A stretch of 64,000 nt of DNA from a virus. The stretch's first letter is position 1. The number at the start of each line of letters is the position of its first letter. Below, piece by piece: positions 10,546-22,100 of the stretch. The notes below the pieces were generated by a model, which saw only the letters and a list, made by a program, of their open reading frames with translations, ran no database searches and was not told the DNA's origin. The stretch is taken from the IMG/VR virus record IMGVR_UViG_3300045988_160053. One strand, given 5' to 3'. The translations under genes were made by a program, and so were the position numbers.

Positions 10546-13500
10546 GAATGATTCATAATTATGATATTTATGGAAATACAGAATCTGCAATCATTTATTT
10601 GGCTAAACCTGGAAAACGATTCTTTTGTGCATTAGGTGGAATTGATACTTCTACTGTTTCTGTTACGTTAAGAACTAATAATACTGCAGAATTAACTTTC
10701 ACAGTTGATAAATATGTAGATGGCGTAGAATCTCAAGGATATGAAGAACTTGATGAAATGATGGAATTGTATTGTGACGGAATCTGGTATAAAATTATGG
10801 ATCCTCCAACAGAGACAAATGACGGAACACAATGTACAAAGGATATTACCGCCGAATCATATGAAATCTCTCTTACTCAATATAAACTAAAAAATTTTAA
10901 AATTAACATGGGTGAAGAAGATTCTTATGAAATGATGTACCAAAAAAATCATGATATTAATAAGTTTTATCAAATTAAATTTTATAATCCAGAGAATGAA
11001 GATCTAAGTTTTCTACATATTGTGCTGAAACATGCGGATGTACCTGGATGGAAGATCGGATATGTAGACAACATCACTCCGGATGATGATAAGGTATTAC
11101 TTCCAAATGAAATCTGTAATTTCGATGTGAACGATCAAAATGTATATGCGTTTTTCACCCAAACTGCTGCTCCTGCATATAAATGTGTTTTTGAATTTGA
11201 TACCGAAAATTTATTAATTAATGTATATAAGCCGGATAGTTTAGGTAAAGATACAAATGTAGTACTTGGTTTTCGTAATATTCAAGATAGCGTAACAATA
11301 TCAAGAGACGACAGTTTGGTAACACAATTTTATGTTGATGGACTTGACGATTACAATATCGATCTCGCAAATTTTGGAAACTCTGTAATTACAGATTGTT
11401 CTCATTTTTGTCGTGAACCATATATGAACATTGTCCTACAAGAAAAATATACAGCTTGGCAAAAATACATAGAATCAAGAAGAGATGAATACTGTAATCT
11501 ATCTAGGGAGTATAATAAAAATCTTGACATTCTTGCTGAATTGATGAATAGAGTCCCTATTGATACTGCTCAGACAAATTGGTTCGGACAAAAAGTTGAA
11601 GATCTAAAAGATGCATATGATTCAAACATGGCTATAATCAAAGGTTTTGAGTCTATTCATGTTGATGAAGAAGGAAATTTTGATCTTGAAGATTTGAAAA
11701 ACTCATCCGATTGGCCTATGTACGAATCAATCATGAACTATACTCTTCCATCCATTGTGGCTGCGTTACAAGCTCAAGACGAAACTATAGAGGGTTTCGG
11801 TAAGGGAAACATCATCTCATGTGTAAATCCAGTTGTATTAGGTCAAGATTGGTATATGGTAGGTTCCGGAACTTCTTCGTTCCAAACAGTACAAATTAAT
11901 GACGCACCTGCATACGGAATTACTCGTGGAGTTAAAGTAACCGGTACAGATGGTGGTATCTATCAACACAATATCAGTATCGAACCATCTCAGAGATATA
12001 CTCTTAGTTGTTTTGTAAAAGGATCCGGTACATTTTATCTTGGTTATAATAACACCGGAGAGGACAGAAAGAATATTTCTTATAACATCACATCTTCTTG
12101 GACCAGAGTTTATACTTCTTTCAATCTAACATCACATCTTATTGATGTGGCATTTACAGGAAGTTCTGACTTTACTGTCTGTGGTATGCAGCTTGAAATG
12201 GGAGATGCCCCATCTCAATTTGGATACTTTACGCAGTCTGAAACAATCATGAAAGCGTATGAAACAGATTGGAAATTATACGGCATTGCAGAATTAAAAA
12301 CTAAAATTGCCATATATGATTCATGTATCAAGGAACTAAAAAAGAATGGATATGCAGATGGATATAATCCTCTTTCTGGATACGAAGAGGCATATTTCAC
12401 TCAAATGCATCAGAAATATCTGGATTATTTGAATTTAAAAGATCAGGCTGAGACTGCATTAAAGGAACGTCAAGCTGAATATGATGCGGCTAAGAAACCT
12501 GAAATTCAAGAAAAACGAAACCAGATTGCCAAAGATGTTTTAATGGAAAATTTTGGTAAAGTACAGGAAAAATATCCAGCGTTTACAGATAAGGAAACGT
12601 ATATTATTAAGAGCCTGTATAATCAAGCAACTTATTCAAATGAAAATATTATTATTACGACTCTTGATAGTACAGTTGATGCAGTCGATAAAGCGATTAC
12701 ATTATATAAAGATGCTGTAGAAGAATTGTATGTAGAATCTCATCCACAATATACTTATACAGATGAAATTGGAAATATTTATGCTCTTCCAGAATTCAGA
12801 GAATATCATGATCAGCTTGCAGTAAATGATTTTGTTCGATTAGGACTATCTGATACACGATATGTAAAACTTCGTGTTGTAGAAATCAGATATAATCCTT
12901 GTGATATGGATGAAACGATGGAAGTTACTTTTTCCAACATGGTTCAATATAAATCAAAATTAACAAATGATAACGAATTTTTAACAAATGCATTAAATCA
13001 GACCTCTGACAGAACCGGTGGTCGTGTTAATTCAATCAACAAATCTTCTACTTCTGATTATGTCATCACATCAGAAGCTATCAAACAAATCTTTTCAAAT
13101 CCTCTATTCAATTCAATGTTAGGTGGAACAACTACTGGTGGAACTGGATCCGGTGGTACTATTACCGCTGATACAATTATTGCAAAACTCGTGAAAGCAA
13201 AAGAGGGTGTTTTTGATAAGCTTACTGTTGATACTGCTTTCATGAAATATCTCGATGTAAAACTTATTTCCGCAGATAAGATCACAACTCGTATTCTCGA
13301 AGCGGAACAGGCGAATATTGAAAAGCTGTCAGCTAAGATTATAGAATCTAACCAGATTAATGCTGATATGATCAATGTGAAAAATCTCCTGGCAGGAAAT
13401 GCTGGTGTAGGTAATCTCCAGGCATTACATCTTACTGCTCAGAATGTAACTATTGACCAAGCAGTAATCACGGATCTTATTGCTAAGAAGATGACCGTAG

Positions 13501-16500
13501 CTGACTTAAATACTCATACTGCTACTGCTGATGAGTTTATGATCATCTCTAGTGGAAAAGCTGGTATTGCCTTTAAGAATAGCACTCAGCAGTTCTATGA
13601 TTCAACAGGAGCTGTTAGGGTACAGATTGGTCAGGATGGTACCGGAAAGTTTAATTTTGTTGTCAAGAACGGTGATAAGACAGCATTATTTGATGAAAAT
13701 GGTATCACTCAAACAGGTATTCCTGATAACACTATTGTCAATAATATGATCTCTGATGGAACAATCAATAAAGAAAAACTAAGTTTTACTATGGTAGAAC
13801 CGAATGAACAAGGTGGAATTGATATCAGTCAGGTATACCTTGATGGTAAAAAGTTCGGTCAGCAATATACTTCATTTAAAGACCAGACAACTGAGCAAAT
13901 TACTAACATTACTGATCCTCAAAAGGGTCAAATCGTACAGAGTATACAAAACAGTTTGTTTAATGAAGACGGATCGTCTATCTATACAAAATATACAGAG
14001 TATAAACAAACTGTTGATGGAATTACTCAGACGGTTTCAAATAATAAGCTTGATACGGACAAAAAGCTTGATGCAGCTTCTACTTCTATAACACAGACTG
14101 CAGATAAGTTGAATCTTATTGCTACTGGTGGGACTGGAGAATCTAAATTAGAGCTGACCCCAGATTTTATAAATCTTGTTTCATCTAAAGTTGTAGGTAT
14201 TAAAGCAGATCAGATCAATATTGATGGTGTGATTACAGCAATCAATACCAATGGCACAACTGCAGGTAAGACTCAGATTGATGCTGGAGCTATCAGTACA
14301 GAGAATGTTAATGCTCTCTTGATCAAAACAGGAAAACTGAAATCTAATAATTACAAAGATCCTTCAAACACTTCTCCTCTTTATTCACAGGCTGGAACAT
14401 TGATTGACATGGAGAACGGCGCTATTACTTCGAAGAATTTTAGTATAGATGCTTCAGGGGAAGCTCATTTCAAAGGTGACGGAGAGTTTGGTGGAAAGAT
14501 TTCTGCTAATTCTGGTTATATTGGTGGCGAAAAAGGTTTCGTTATTGAAGCTGGAAAATTGTATTCTGGATTAAAAGATTTTCCTACTCAATATCCCTCT
14601 TCTATTTCAACGAATAAAAATGTATATGTAGGAATCAATGGCATTGCTCTTGGTAACGGTAATTTTATGGTTGATTCTAACGGTAAGATGTATGCTAATC
14701 AAGGTGAGTTTACAGGTAAGATTGCAGCTAATGATGGATTTATTGGTGGATGGATTATTTCAAGTAATTCTTTAACTGCTAATAAAGGAAGCATAAGTAT
14801 AAGTCCAGATGGTATTCATTGGGGTGATTACCTAAACATTAATAGTCAAGGTGCTACATTTAAAGGTCATATTACAGCTACTTCAGGAAGCTTTACAGGA
14901 GATATAATTGCTAATTCACTTACACTTGGACCAGGTTCAACTGTTAACGGACTAAGTTATAATGATCTTGACGATAGACCTAATATTCCATCTGATCTTA
15001 GTGGATATATTACTATTGATGGAAAAATTGGTATTATTCAAAATGAAGATCAAGAAATACCCTCTGGGGCAACTGGATTTAAAGTGTCAAAAAATGGTTT
15101 GTTACAAGCAAGTAATGCTATTATTTCTGGAACTATTTATGCTTCTTCTGGTACTTTCGCCGGAAATGTAACCGCAAGAACAATGACTGCAAAAAGAAGT
15201 TATAGCATTTATTATAATGATGTAAACGGTAACCCTACTGATTCAAGAGAAATCATCTCTGCTACTAATTGGGGACTTACAAGCGGTGATTTAAGATTCG
15301 GGCTAAATGATGATTGCGGATATATGATATCTACAGATGTTGGTGGCAAGAACACCTTGCGAATAATGGGAGATACTCTCCTTGTTACCGCGCCTATGCA
15401 AATACAAAGCAATTGTTTAGTACAAAGTCAATTTGTTATAGATACTACAACAGGATCTATCCCTTATCAGAATATGAAATGGACACCATATGAAGTTAAT
15501 AATTCTGGGAATCCAATCTATCTTGATTATGATAATCGAGAATATTTTTCATATAATGGATATGGACATAATCATACGTTGCTTCCAAATACAGAAGGTG
15601 GTTGTGCAATTGGTATTGGTAACGTAGATAAGCAAGATGCTGATGTTACCGCTACATGGTGTATTATGCCTTATAATATTTATACTGAAAAAAAAACTGA
15701 TGAGAATGCAAACGGAATCCCAGTTATAACAAATATCAAAAGAGATGCAAGCGCAACCATGAATATTGGTTCTAAAAATAATAAATTTAATTGTTTGTAT
15801 GTAAACGCAATTCATATGGGTGGACAAACATACACATCTTTAAATTCTGGTGGTGGAAAGATTACTTCTTACAAAGCAACTGCCAGTCAAGTTAATTATA
15901 ACGCTGATCCTAAAGTAGAGACTTCTGTAAACACTGCAGGAGATACTTTGACATTTAAATTTAGTATCCCTAAGGGAAAAGACGGAACCAATGGTAAGGA
16001 TGGTAAAAATGGTGCTCGTGGACCACAAGGCGAACCTGGTCCACAAGGACCACAAGGTGAGCCAGGCTCTTCATTGTCATCTGGTAATTATGAAGTTGGA
16101 ATGGTTACTACTGCCCCAAGGAGTTTTTCTCCACTAAGAAGTACATTTCACCTTGGACATGCGGGTAATTATAGATGGGAAGATGTATATGCTAAAAATA
16201 CTACAATTCAAACGTCAGATGAGCATTTAAAAGATAATATCAAATATTTAGATGAGCAACCAGATTTAGAAATACTATATATGAATTTAAAACCAATTTC
16301 ATATAAATTAAAGAACTTTGATACAGAAGATCACCATGATAGAATTCAAATTGGCTTCGGTGCAAGAGAAACTGAAACAATTATGAACAATCTAGGTTTT
16401 GATATAAATGACTATTCTTTTTTGTGTAAAGATAAATTAGACAAACCAAATAAAGCAGGTGATCTGGAAGAATATTCTTTTAGATATGGACACATTATTT

Positions 16501-16631
16501 CTCTCAACACTCATATGATACAGAAAGCTCATCATCGTATTGACGACTTGGAGAAATCTCTTACTACTGCTCTATCCACAATAGAAACTCTTAAACAAGA
16601 AATAGAAACTCTTAAACAGGCTATAGCATGA
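10542..16631 (+). CDS. tail-associated lysin/tail tip protein (Tal-like, 2029 aa) with collagen-like segment and C-terminal S74 intramolecular chaperone domain
   Basis: N-terminal about 380 aa resemble prophage tail endopeptidase/Tal N-termini, and the position follows Dit. Jelly-roll CBM-like segment at about 11800-12225. Ten Gly-X-Y triplets at 15975-16067 (GKDGTNGKDGKNGARGPQGEPGPQGPQGEPG). TSDEHLKDNIKYL from 16215 matches the SDxxxK signature of peptidase S74 self-cleaving chaperone domains. C-terminal coiled coil. Confidence 0.75.
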   Translation: MRMIHNYDIYGNTESAIIYLAKPGKRFFCALGGIDTSTVSVTLRTNNTAELTFTVDKYVDGVESQGYEELDEMMELYCDGIWYKIMDPPTETNDGTQCTKDITAESYEISLTQYKLKNFKINMGEEDSYEMMYQKNHDINKFYQIKFYNPENEDLSFLHIVLKHADVPGWKIGYVDNITPDDDKVLLPNEICNFDVNDQNVYAFFTQTAAPAYKCVFEFDTENLLINVYKPDSLGKDTNVVLGFRNIQDSVTISRDDSLVTQFYVDGLDDYNIDLANFGNSVITDCSHFCREPYMNIVLQEKYTAWQKYIESRRDEYCNLSREYNKNLDILAELMNRVPIDTAQTNWFGQKVEDLKDAYDSNMAIIKGFESIHVDEEGNFDLEDLKNSSDWPMYESIMNYTLPSIVAALQAQDETIEGFGKGNIISCVNPVVLGQDWYMVGSGTSSFQTVQINDAPAYGITRGVKVTGTDGGIYQHNISIEPSQRYTLSCFVKGSGTFYLGYNNTGEDRKNISYNITSSWTRVYTSFNLTSHLIDVAFTGSSDFTVCGMQLEMGDAPSQFGYFTQSETIMKAYETDWKLYGIAELKTKIAIYDSCIKELKKNGYADGYNPLSGYEEAYFTQMHQKYLDYLNLKDQAETALKERQAEYDAAKKPEIQEKRNQIAKDVLMENFGKVQEKYPAFTDKETYIIKSLYNQATYSNENIIITTLDSTVDAVDKAITLYKDAVEELYVESHPQYTYTDEIGNIYALPEFREYHDQLAVNDFVRLGLSDTRYVKLRVVEIRYNPCDMDETMEVTFSNMVQYKSKLTNDNEFLTNALNQTSDRTGGRVNSINKSSTSDYVITSEAIKQIFSNPLFNSMLGGTTTGGTGSGGTITADTIIAKLVKAKEGVFDKLTVDTAFMKYLDVKLISADKITTRILEAEQANIEKLSAKIIESNQINADMINVKNLLAGNAGVGNLQALHLTAQNVTIDQAVITDLIAKKMTVADLNTHTATADEFMIISSGKAGIAFKNSTQQFYDSTGAVRVQIGQDGTGKFNFVVKNGDKTALFDENGITQTGIPDNTIVNNMISDGTINKEKLSFTMVEPNEQGGIDISQVYLDGKKFGQQYTSFKDQTTEQITNITDPQKGQIVQSIQNSLFNEDGSSIYTKYTEYKQTVDGITQTVSNNKLDTDKKLDAASTSITQTADKLNLIATGGTGESKLELTPDFINLVSSKVVGIKADQINIDGVITAINTNGTTAGKTQIDAGAISTENVNALLIKTGKLKSNNYKDPSNTSPLYSQAGTLIDMENGAITSKNFSIDASGEAHFKGDGEFGGKISANSGYIGGEKGFVIEAGKLYSGLKDFPTQYPSSISTNKNVYVGINGIALGNGNFMVDSNGKMYANQGEFTGKIAANDGFIGGWIISSNSLTANKGSISISPDGIHWGDYLNINSQGATFKGHITATSGSFTGDIIANSLTLGPGSTVNGLSYNDLDDRPNIPSDLSGYITIDGKIGIIQNEDQEIPSGATGFKVSKNGLLQASNAIISGTIYASSGTFAGNVTARTMTAKRSYSIYYNDVNGNPTDSREIISATNWGLTSGDLRFGLNDDCGYMISTDVGGKNTLRIMGDTLLVTAPMQIQSNCLVQSQFVIDTTTGSIPYQNMKWTPYEVNNSGNPIYLDYDNREYFSYNGYGHNHTLLPNTEGGCAIGIGNVDKQDADVTATWCIMPYNIYTEKKTDENANGIPVITNIKRDASATMNIGSKNNKFNCLYVNAIHMGGQTYTSLNSGGGKITSYKATASQVNYNADPKVETSVNTAGDTLTFKFSIPKGKDGTNGKDGKNGARGPQGEPGPQGPQGEPGSSLSSGNYEVGMVTTAPRSFSPLRSTFHLGHAGNYRWEDVYAKNTTIQTSDEHLKDNIKYLDEQPDLEILYMNLKPISYKLKNFDTEDHHDRIQIGFGARETETIMNNLGFDINDYSFLCKDKLDKPNKAGDLEEYSFRYGHIISLNTHMIQKAHHRIDDLEKSLTTALSTIETLKQEIETLKQAIA

Positions 16632-16667
16632 TACTATAGTCTGTTTTATTTAATTTTATTTGAGAAG

Positions 16668-17051
16668 GTGAAATATTTGACCAGTCGAGAATATGAACTT
16701 GAATTAAAGAAAATCAAAGCCAAAAATCGGCAGATTGAAATGAAACGAAATCTGAAAGCAGCAAAAGTTAGTAGATTTAACATTCCAAAGATTTCTACCA
16801 GTAAATTGATTCTTGTTGCAGTACTTCTACTCAATCTACAGATCATTTATTTCGTAGAAAAAGCGATCATGACATATGGTGATTTATCTGCTCTCTACGC
16901 TCTTATTGCTATCCCAGCGACACTTATCCCTACGGTGTGGGCTTATTTTAGTAAGGCAAAAGCTGAAAATTGTGCAGGCGGAATTACTTATGATTCTGCA
17001 ATGGAACAACTTAGACAGTCATCTTCAGAAAATGATGAAGCTGTCGGTTAG
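16668..17051 (+). CDS. membrane protein (two predicted TM segments)
   Basis: Hydrophobic stretches LILVAVLLLNLQIIYFV and LYALIAIPATLIPTVWAYF. Start is ambiguous: GTG 16668 abuts the GAGAAGG RBS, and the in-frame TTG at 16677 is better spaced. Confidence 0.5.
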   Translation: MKYLTSREYELELKKIKAKNRQIEMKRNLKAAKVSRFNIPKISTSKLILVAVLLLNLQIIYFVEKAIMTYGDLSALYALIAIPATLIPTVWAYFSKAKAENCAGGITYDSAMEQLRQSSSENDEAVG

Positions 17052-17060
17052 GAGGAAATT

Positions 17061-17459
17061 ATGAATATTAAACAGGGTATTCAGGACGTATTATATCTGA
17101 TCATTACTGGTGTTCTTCCACTTCTTATTACTTATGGAATCCTCTTCTTAAAAGTAAAGATTAAAGAACAGGAAAAGAACCTGGAGAACGATCAGCTCGT
17201 AAAATATATAGATGCTGCCACTGATGCTATTAGTAAAGCAGTGCTCGCAGTTAATCAGACCTATGTTGATTCATTAAAGAAACAGGGTAAATTTGATGAG
17301 GAAGCTGCTAAAACTGCTAAACAGATGGCTATTGATAAAGCTAAGGCTTTGATTACAGAAGATTCTAAAGCGGCTATCGAAACATTATATTCTGACTTTG
17401 AAGCATATCTAAATGATGCTATTGAAGAACTCGTCAGAGAAAATAAAGTTACATATTAA
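17061..17459 (+). CDS. LL-H-family-holin-like membrane protein
   Basis: Single N-terminal TM (VLYLIITGVLPLLITYGILFL) followed by an Ala/Lys-rich helical tail, an architecture and composition I associate with LL-H family holins. Strong RBS TAGGAGGAAATT. Not adjacent to the endolysin. Confidence 0.4.
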   Translation: MNIKQGIQDVLYLIITGVLPLLITYGILFLKVKIKEQEKNLENDQLVKYIDAATDAISKAVLAVNQTYVDSLKKQGKFDEEAAKTAKQMAIDKAKALITEDSKAAIETLYSDFEAYLNDAIEELVRENKVTY

Positions 17460-17480
17460 TATAAAAGGAGTACAAGGATT

Positions 17481-17924
17481 ATGAAAAAAGTTATTGTAAA
17501 TGCAGACATTATGGCAATGTATAAAACATTAAATTCTATGAAGAGTCGTGCGGATTTAATCGCAGGAGATGTTGATGTATTCTGGGCGAATACAATGAAC
17601 CTGAAGACTCTTAAGGCGCAGGTAGATAAAATCTCAGAGGTCGAGCAGGAGTTAGTTGATTCTTATTTTACAGAGGAAAACTCACATTCTATTGTTGACG
17701 AAAACGGTAATGAAACAGGAAATCGTGCTCTTAATGATGACATAAAAGATAAAATCATCCCTGAAATCCAAGAAGGTCTGCAGAAAATTTATGATAAAAC
17801 ATGTGAACTTGATGTTGAGATGATCCCAGAGGAATCTCTCAAGAAAATGCTTAAATCTAATGAAGACAAACTGTCTATGCTTGATATGACAGTACTATAT
17901 GAATTTGTAGAAAAAGGTGAGTAA
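17481..17924 (+). CDS. hypothetical protein (147 aa)
   Basis: Track ORF with an AAAGGAG RBS, inside the tail module. No recognisable motif. Confidence 0.6.
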   Translation: MKKVIVNADIMAMYKTLNSMKSRADLIAGDVDVFWANTMNLKTLKAQVDKISEVEQELVDSYFTEENSHSIVDENGNETGNRALNDDIKDKIIPEIQEGLQKIYDKTCELDVEMIPEESLKKMLKSNEDKLSMLDMTVLYEFVEKGE

Positions 17925-17926
17925 TA

Positions 17927-18373
17927 ATGGCAACATATATTCAGGGAATTCAAACCTCTGTTGGTGTTGTTAAGTATGATTATAATTATCTGGCTAATCT
18001 CCCTGAATCAGATATGACATTATCTAAACAGGGTGCATTCGCTGATGCCCTTGTTGTTGGAAGAAAACTTACTCAGCTAGGAGCTGATGTGGATAAATTG
18101 AAAGAATCTATGACTGCCGTACAGAAATCTATCTCTGATCTGCAGTCTGCAGATTCTTCTTCTAACACTTCAATTGAACAGATCAATACATCATTACTTA
18201 GCATGACCAATAATATCGAAACAATACAGAACAATATTACTACTTTGACTCAGAATACTGCTGAGATCAAGAAAAGTGCTGATAATGCGAATTCATCAGT
18301 CACAACACTGCAGGAAACTATTAAGTCACTACAGACTAGAATTGAAGCTTTAGAAAAAACTCAGACTAAATAA
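17927..18373 (+). CDS. coiled-coil tail-fibre-associated protein
   Basis: LSKQGAFADALVVGRKL resembles the 'L-S-x-x-G-x-A-A-D-A-K-x-x-G' motif common at phage fibre N-termini. The remainder is Ser/Thr/Asn/Gln-rich coiled coil. Confidence 0.55.
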   Translation: MATYIQGIQTSVGVVKYDYNYLANLPESDMTLSKQGAFADALVVGRKLTQLGADVDKLKESMTAVQKSISDLQSADSSSNTSIEQINTSLLSMTNNIETIQNNITTLTQNTAEIKKSADNANSSVTTLQETIKSLQTRIEALEKTQTK

Positions 18374-18387
18374 GGAAGGAGGCAGTT

Positions 18388-19095
18388 ATGTATACACTAA
18401 AAATTACAGATGAAAATACTGTTGTTACAACAGTCAAAGAATCAATTGTGGAAAGAAGCAATTATGTAGATAAGATTCAGATTGTAACAAGTAAAATGTA
18501 CCGGGAACAGATTGATATGTCAGATACAACTGTTTATATGAAGTATAAGCTTCCAGTGTCAGGCAAAATTAAAATGACACAGCTGATTCCGAATGATCTT
18601 GCATATGAACAGAATTATATCCAGTATTTAATTCCCGTTGATGCCGGACTTACTGCTGAAGCTGGTGATATTGAAGTATCTTTCACATTTTTAAAACTGA
18701 TTGCAAATGAAGACAAATCTTACACTTCTTATATTCGCAAGACCACATCAGGTGTTATCCATATCACTCCACTTGTACAATTTGATAAATATGAACCTTC
18801 AGAAATGTTTACTGAAATTGATCAGAGACTTCTTGTTATGGAAGGAATGATTAAAGATTTAGATGCTCAGAACAAAGCTGCTTATGAAGGTATGGTAAAA
18901 GATATTCGTCTGGATACAGATGGAAGAAAGATTACGCTGACAGACAGAAACGGTGATGACACCGGAGATGGTATCGTTGTAAAAAATCTTTCTGCTATGG
19001 TAGCCGAAGATATGACAGGTAAAGATCCTGATGGAACACAGGATGGAGTTGTCCATCTTGATCAGGTTGTTGATCTGGATAAATTATTAAAGTAA
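18388..19095 (+). CDS. baseplate upper protein (BppU N-domain-like) structural protein
   Basis: The N-terminal about 110 aa (…AGDIEVSFTFLKL) parallels the N-terminus of the next gene (…AGDIIFEIMATG), and both resemble BppU-type anchoring domains. Strong RBS AAGGAAGGAGG. Confidence 0.5.
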   Translation: MYTLKITDENTVVTTVKESIVERSNYVDKIQIVTSKMYREQIDMSDTTVYMKYKLPVSGKIKMTQLIPNDLAYEQNYIQYLIPVDAGLTAEAGDIEVSFTFLKLIANEDKSYTSYIRKTTSGVIHITPLVQFDKYEPSEMFTEIDQRLLVMEGMIKDLDAQNKAAYEGMVKDIRLDTDGRKITLTDRNGDDTGDGIVVKNLSAMVAEDMTGKDPDGTQDGVVHLDQVVDLDKLLK

Positions 19096-19107
19096 AGGAG
19101 TCATGAT

Positions 19108-22100
19108 ATGTCATTTAAAGATTCTAAAATTGCTGCTGCGGCTAATTCGGCAATGACTTTGAGTGCTGAGTTAGCCGTAGACACTGAGGAATATACATTA
19201 TGTACTGATGGTCGTTATGAAGTATATACCAAATATCAAGACAATGCATATTCAACAGTGGATAACTTAAAAAATATTGCCGTTGATGCTACACAGATTA
19301 ATATCATGCAGGAAGAAAACAGCCAGTATATGCCATTTAGGATTCCAAGATATTGGGATGGTATGGATCTTATGGATATGCTCATCCAAATAAGATATGA
19401 ATCTGTAGCTGAGAAAAAGGGTAAAGTAGCGACAGTTATCAATGTAGCTTCCAATAATACTTATATTCGATTTGGTTGGTTGATTGATGCTGCTGTTACA
19501 GCAAATGCCGGAGATATAATTTTTGAAATTATGGCTACTGGCGTAAATGAAAAAGGAAACAATTATATTTGGAGAACCAGACCAAATGGTCAGTTTACTG
19601 TTCTTCAAGGATTAAATTATGATGGAATCATTGAACCTTCTGAAGATTGGTATACAAGTTTTGTAAATATGATTCTTGGTCATGTAGCCGAAGCAAAACA
19701 ATACGCAGATGAAGCAAAGGCTTCTGCTGCTTCTATTAATGTAGATGATATAAAGGCAGATGTAAAAACATCTGTTATGAATGATCTTAATGGAACAGTA
19801 ACTGAATCTCTGAAAGCATATTATACAAAAACAGAAGTTGATACAAAAGTCAAAGAATTAAACACTGCTATTTCCGGTATTGACAGTTTGAAGAACTTAA
19901 AAGTTGAATATGACAACACAACTGGAAATTTAGTGTTTAAAGATGGAACGGAACCTATTGGAAAACCTATTACTATTAACAGTCTTGCAAACCTCATAGT
20001 TGAGTATTCTGTTGTCAATGGAAAAGGTTCATTAGTATTTAAAGATGGAGAAACTATTATTCAGACTGTAGAACTTAGTTCTATTGAGCCATCTGCTGAG
20101 TGGAGAGCTGCATTGAAGCAGGAACTTGAAGCAGAAATGGACGAGAAAGATACAGTAATCTCTAATCGAATTGATCCACTTGAAACAGCTAAAACTGAAA
20201 TCGAAAAGAATGTAAATGCCAATACTACTGCTGTCTCAGAGATAAAAACTACTATTTCAAACATTGAGAAGAAAGTAGAAAGTGCCGCTACAAAATCTGA
20301 TGAGGCCAAAAATGCTGTAGATATCTTGAAACAAAATATGACTTCTTATGATACTCAGTTTGAAGGAATTAATACAGATATTACAGATGTTAAAGCCGCC
20401 ATTGAAGAAATCAAGAAAAATCCTGCGGCTGCAGAGTACGATGTTACATACGAAAATAGTATTTTTACATTTTTAAAGGATGGAGAAATCCAGAAAAGCT
20501 TTAAAATTGAAGGTGGTGGAGGATCTTCCTCAGATACTACTACTATTACTATTGAAAGAATCACAAATGCAGATGCTATTTTCTTACTTGGTTCAAAAGC
20601 AATTATTGAATATAGTTTTTCATCTGTAGATAATACTGGTGATACAACTGGAGCCGGTACTGCTGTGTGGAAAGTTGGTAATACTATTGTAGCTACGAAT
20701 ACGGCTGCGCAAGGAAACAATAGTTTTGATATCACTGAATATCTTAATGTCGGTGCAAATACTATTAGATTAACTATTACCGACAGTTTTGGGACACTTG
20801 CCACTAAGACATGGACTGTTACTATTGTAGAATTCAAACTTGAAAGCACATTTGATGATACTTTGTTATATACAAATACAGATGTAGTATTTAGGTATAC
20901 ACCTTACGGAAATGTCAATAAGACTCTTCATTTTATTCTTGATGGAAAAGACTTAGGCACTGTTGAAACTCAGTCCTCCGGCAGAATTATGTCTTATAAT
21001 ATTCCTAAACAGGAACATGGTAGCCATTTACTCAAAGTATATATGACTGCGACAATTAACAATAAAGAAATAACCTCAAATACTATTTGTAAGGATATTA
21101 TTTGTGTTGATCCTACAAATAGAACTCCTATTATTGGATGTGCTCAACAGGAATTTACAGCACAACAGTATCAGGCAACAAGTATTAAATATGTTGTATA
21201 TGATCCTGATCACAATCCAGCCTCTGTAAAACTATCAATTGATGGTAAAGTACAGAGCACTCTTTCTGTAAATCGTTCTGCTCAAATCTGGAGTTATAAG
21301 TCATCCACTGAAGGAAAACATAACCTGACCATCTCATGTCGTAAAGTGACTAAGATTTTATCAGTTAATATCACTAAACTTGATATTGATGTTGAACCAA
21401 TCATAGCCAACTTAGCATTTGATTTTAACCCTGTTGGAAAATCCAATGGAGATACCGACAGACTCTGGACCGATAAAAATAACTCTGCTATTACTCTTTC
21501 AGTATCAGATAACTTTGACTGGGATAATGGTGGATACCAGATTGATGCTTCTGGAAACCAGTATTTCTGTGTAAAAGCTGGAACAACTGCTCAGATTAAT
21601 TATAATCTCTTCGGAAAAGACCCGAAACAGACTGGTTCTGAATTCAAATTTGTATTTAAGACTCAGAATGTTCGCAATGCTTCTGCTACTTTCTTATCAT
21701 GTATTGATGGTACTGAAGGCTCTGACGTAGGTATTAAAATGGATGTTCATGAAGCATACGTGAACACTTCTACTGACAGCTTATATTTTCCATATAGCGA
21801 AGAGGATATTATTGAATTTGAATATAATATCAATACAATTGATACAAAAGACACATCTGCAACTTCTATCATTATGACTTATGAAGACGGAGTTGGAGGA
21901 AGACCTCTTATTTATGATAATTCTCATAGACTGCACCAGTATTCTCCTGTTCCGATTACTATCGGTTCTCCGGATTGTGATGTGTTGATTTATAGAATGA
22001 AAGCTTATTCTGCTTCTCTCACTGATTCAGATATCCTTGCTAACTTTATTGCAGATGCTAGAGATTCAGATGAAATGATTGCAAGATATAATAGAAACCA

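Noticed and set aside
15975-16067. Collagen-like Gly-X-Y run as evidence of eukaryotic sequence
   Set aside because: Short collagen-like triple-helix segments are common in phage fibre proteins. The flanking sequence and codon usage are continuous with the phage gene.
16646-17064. ORFs 16646-16846 (-) and 16876-17064 (+)
   Set aside because: Both overlap the 127-aa membrane-protein gene. The latter is an alternate frame without start context.
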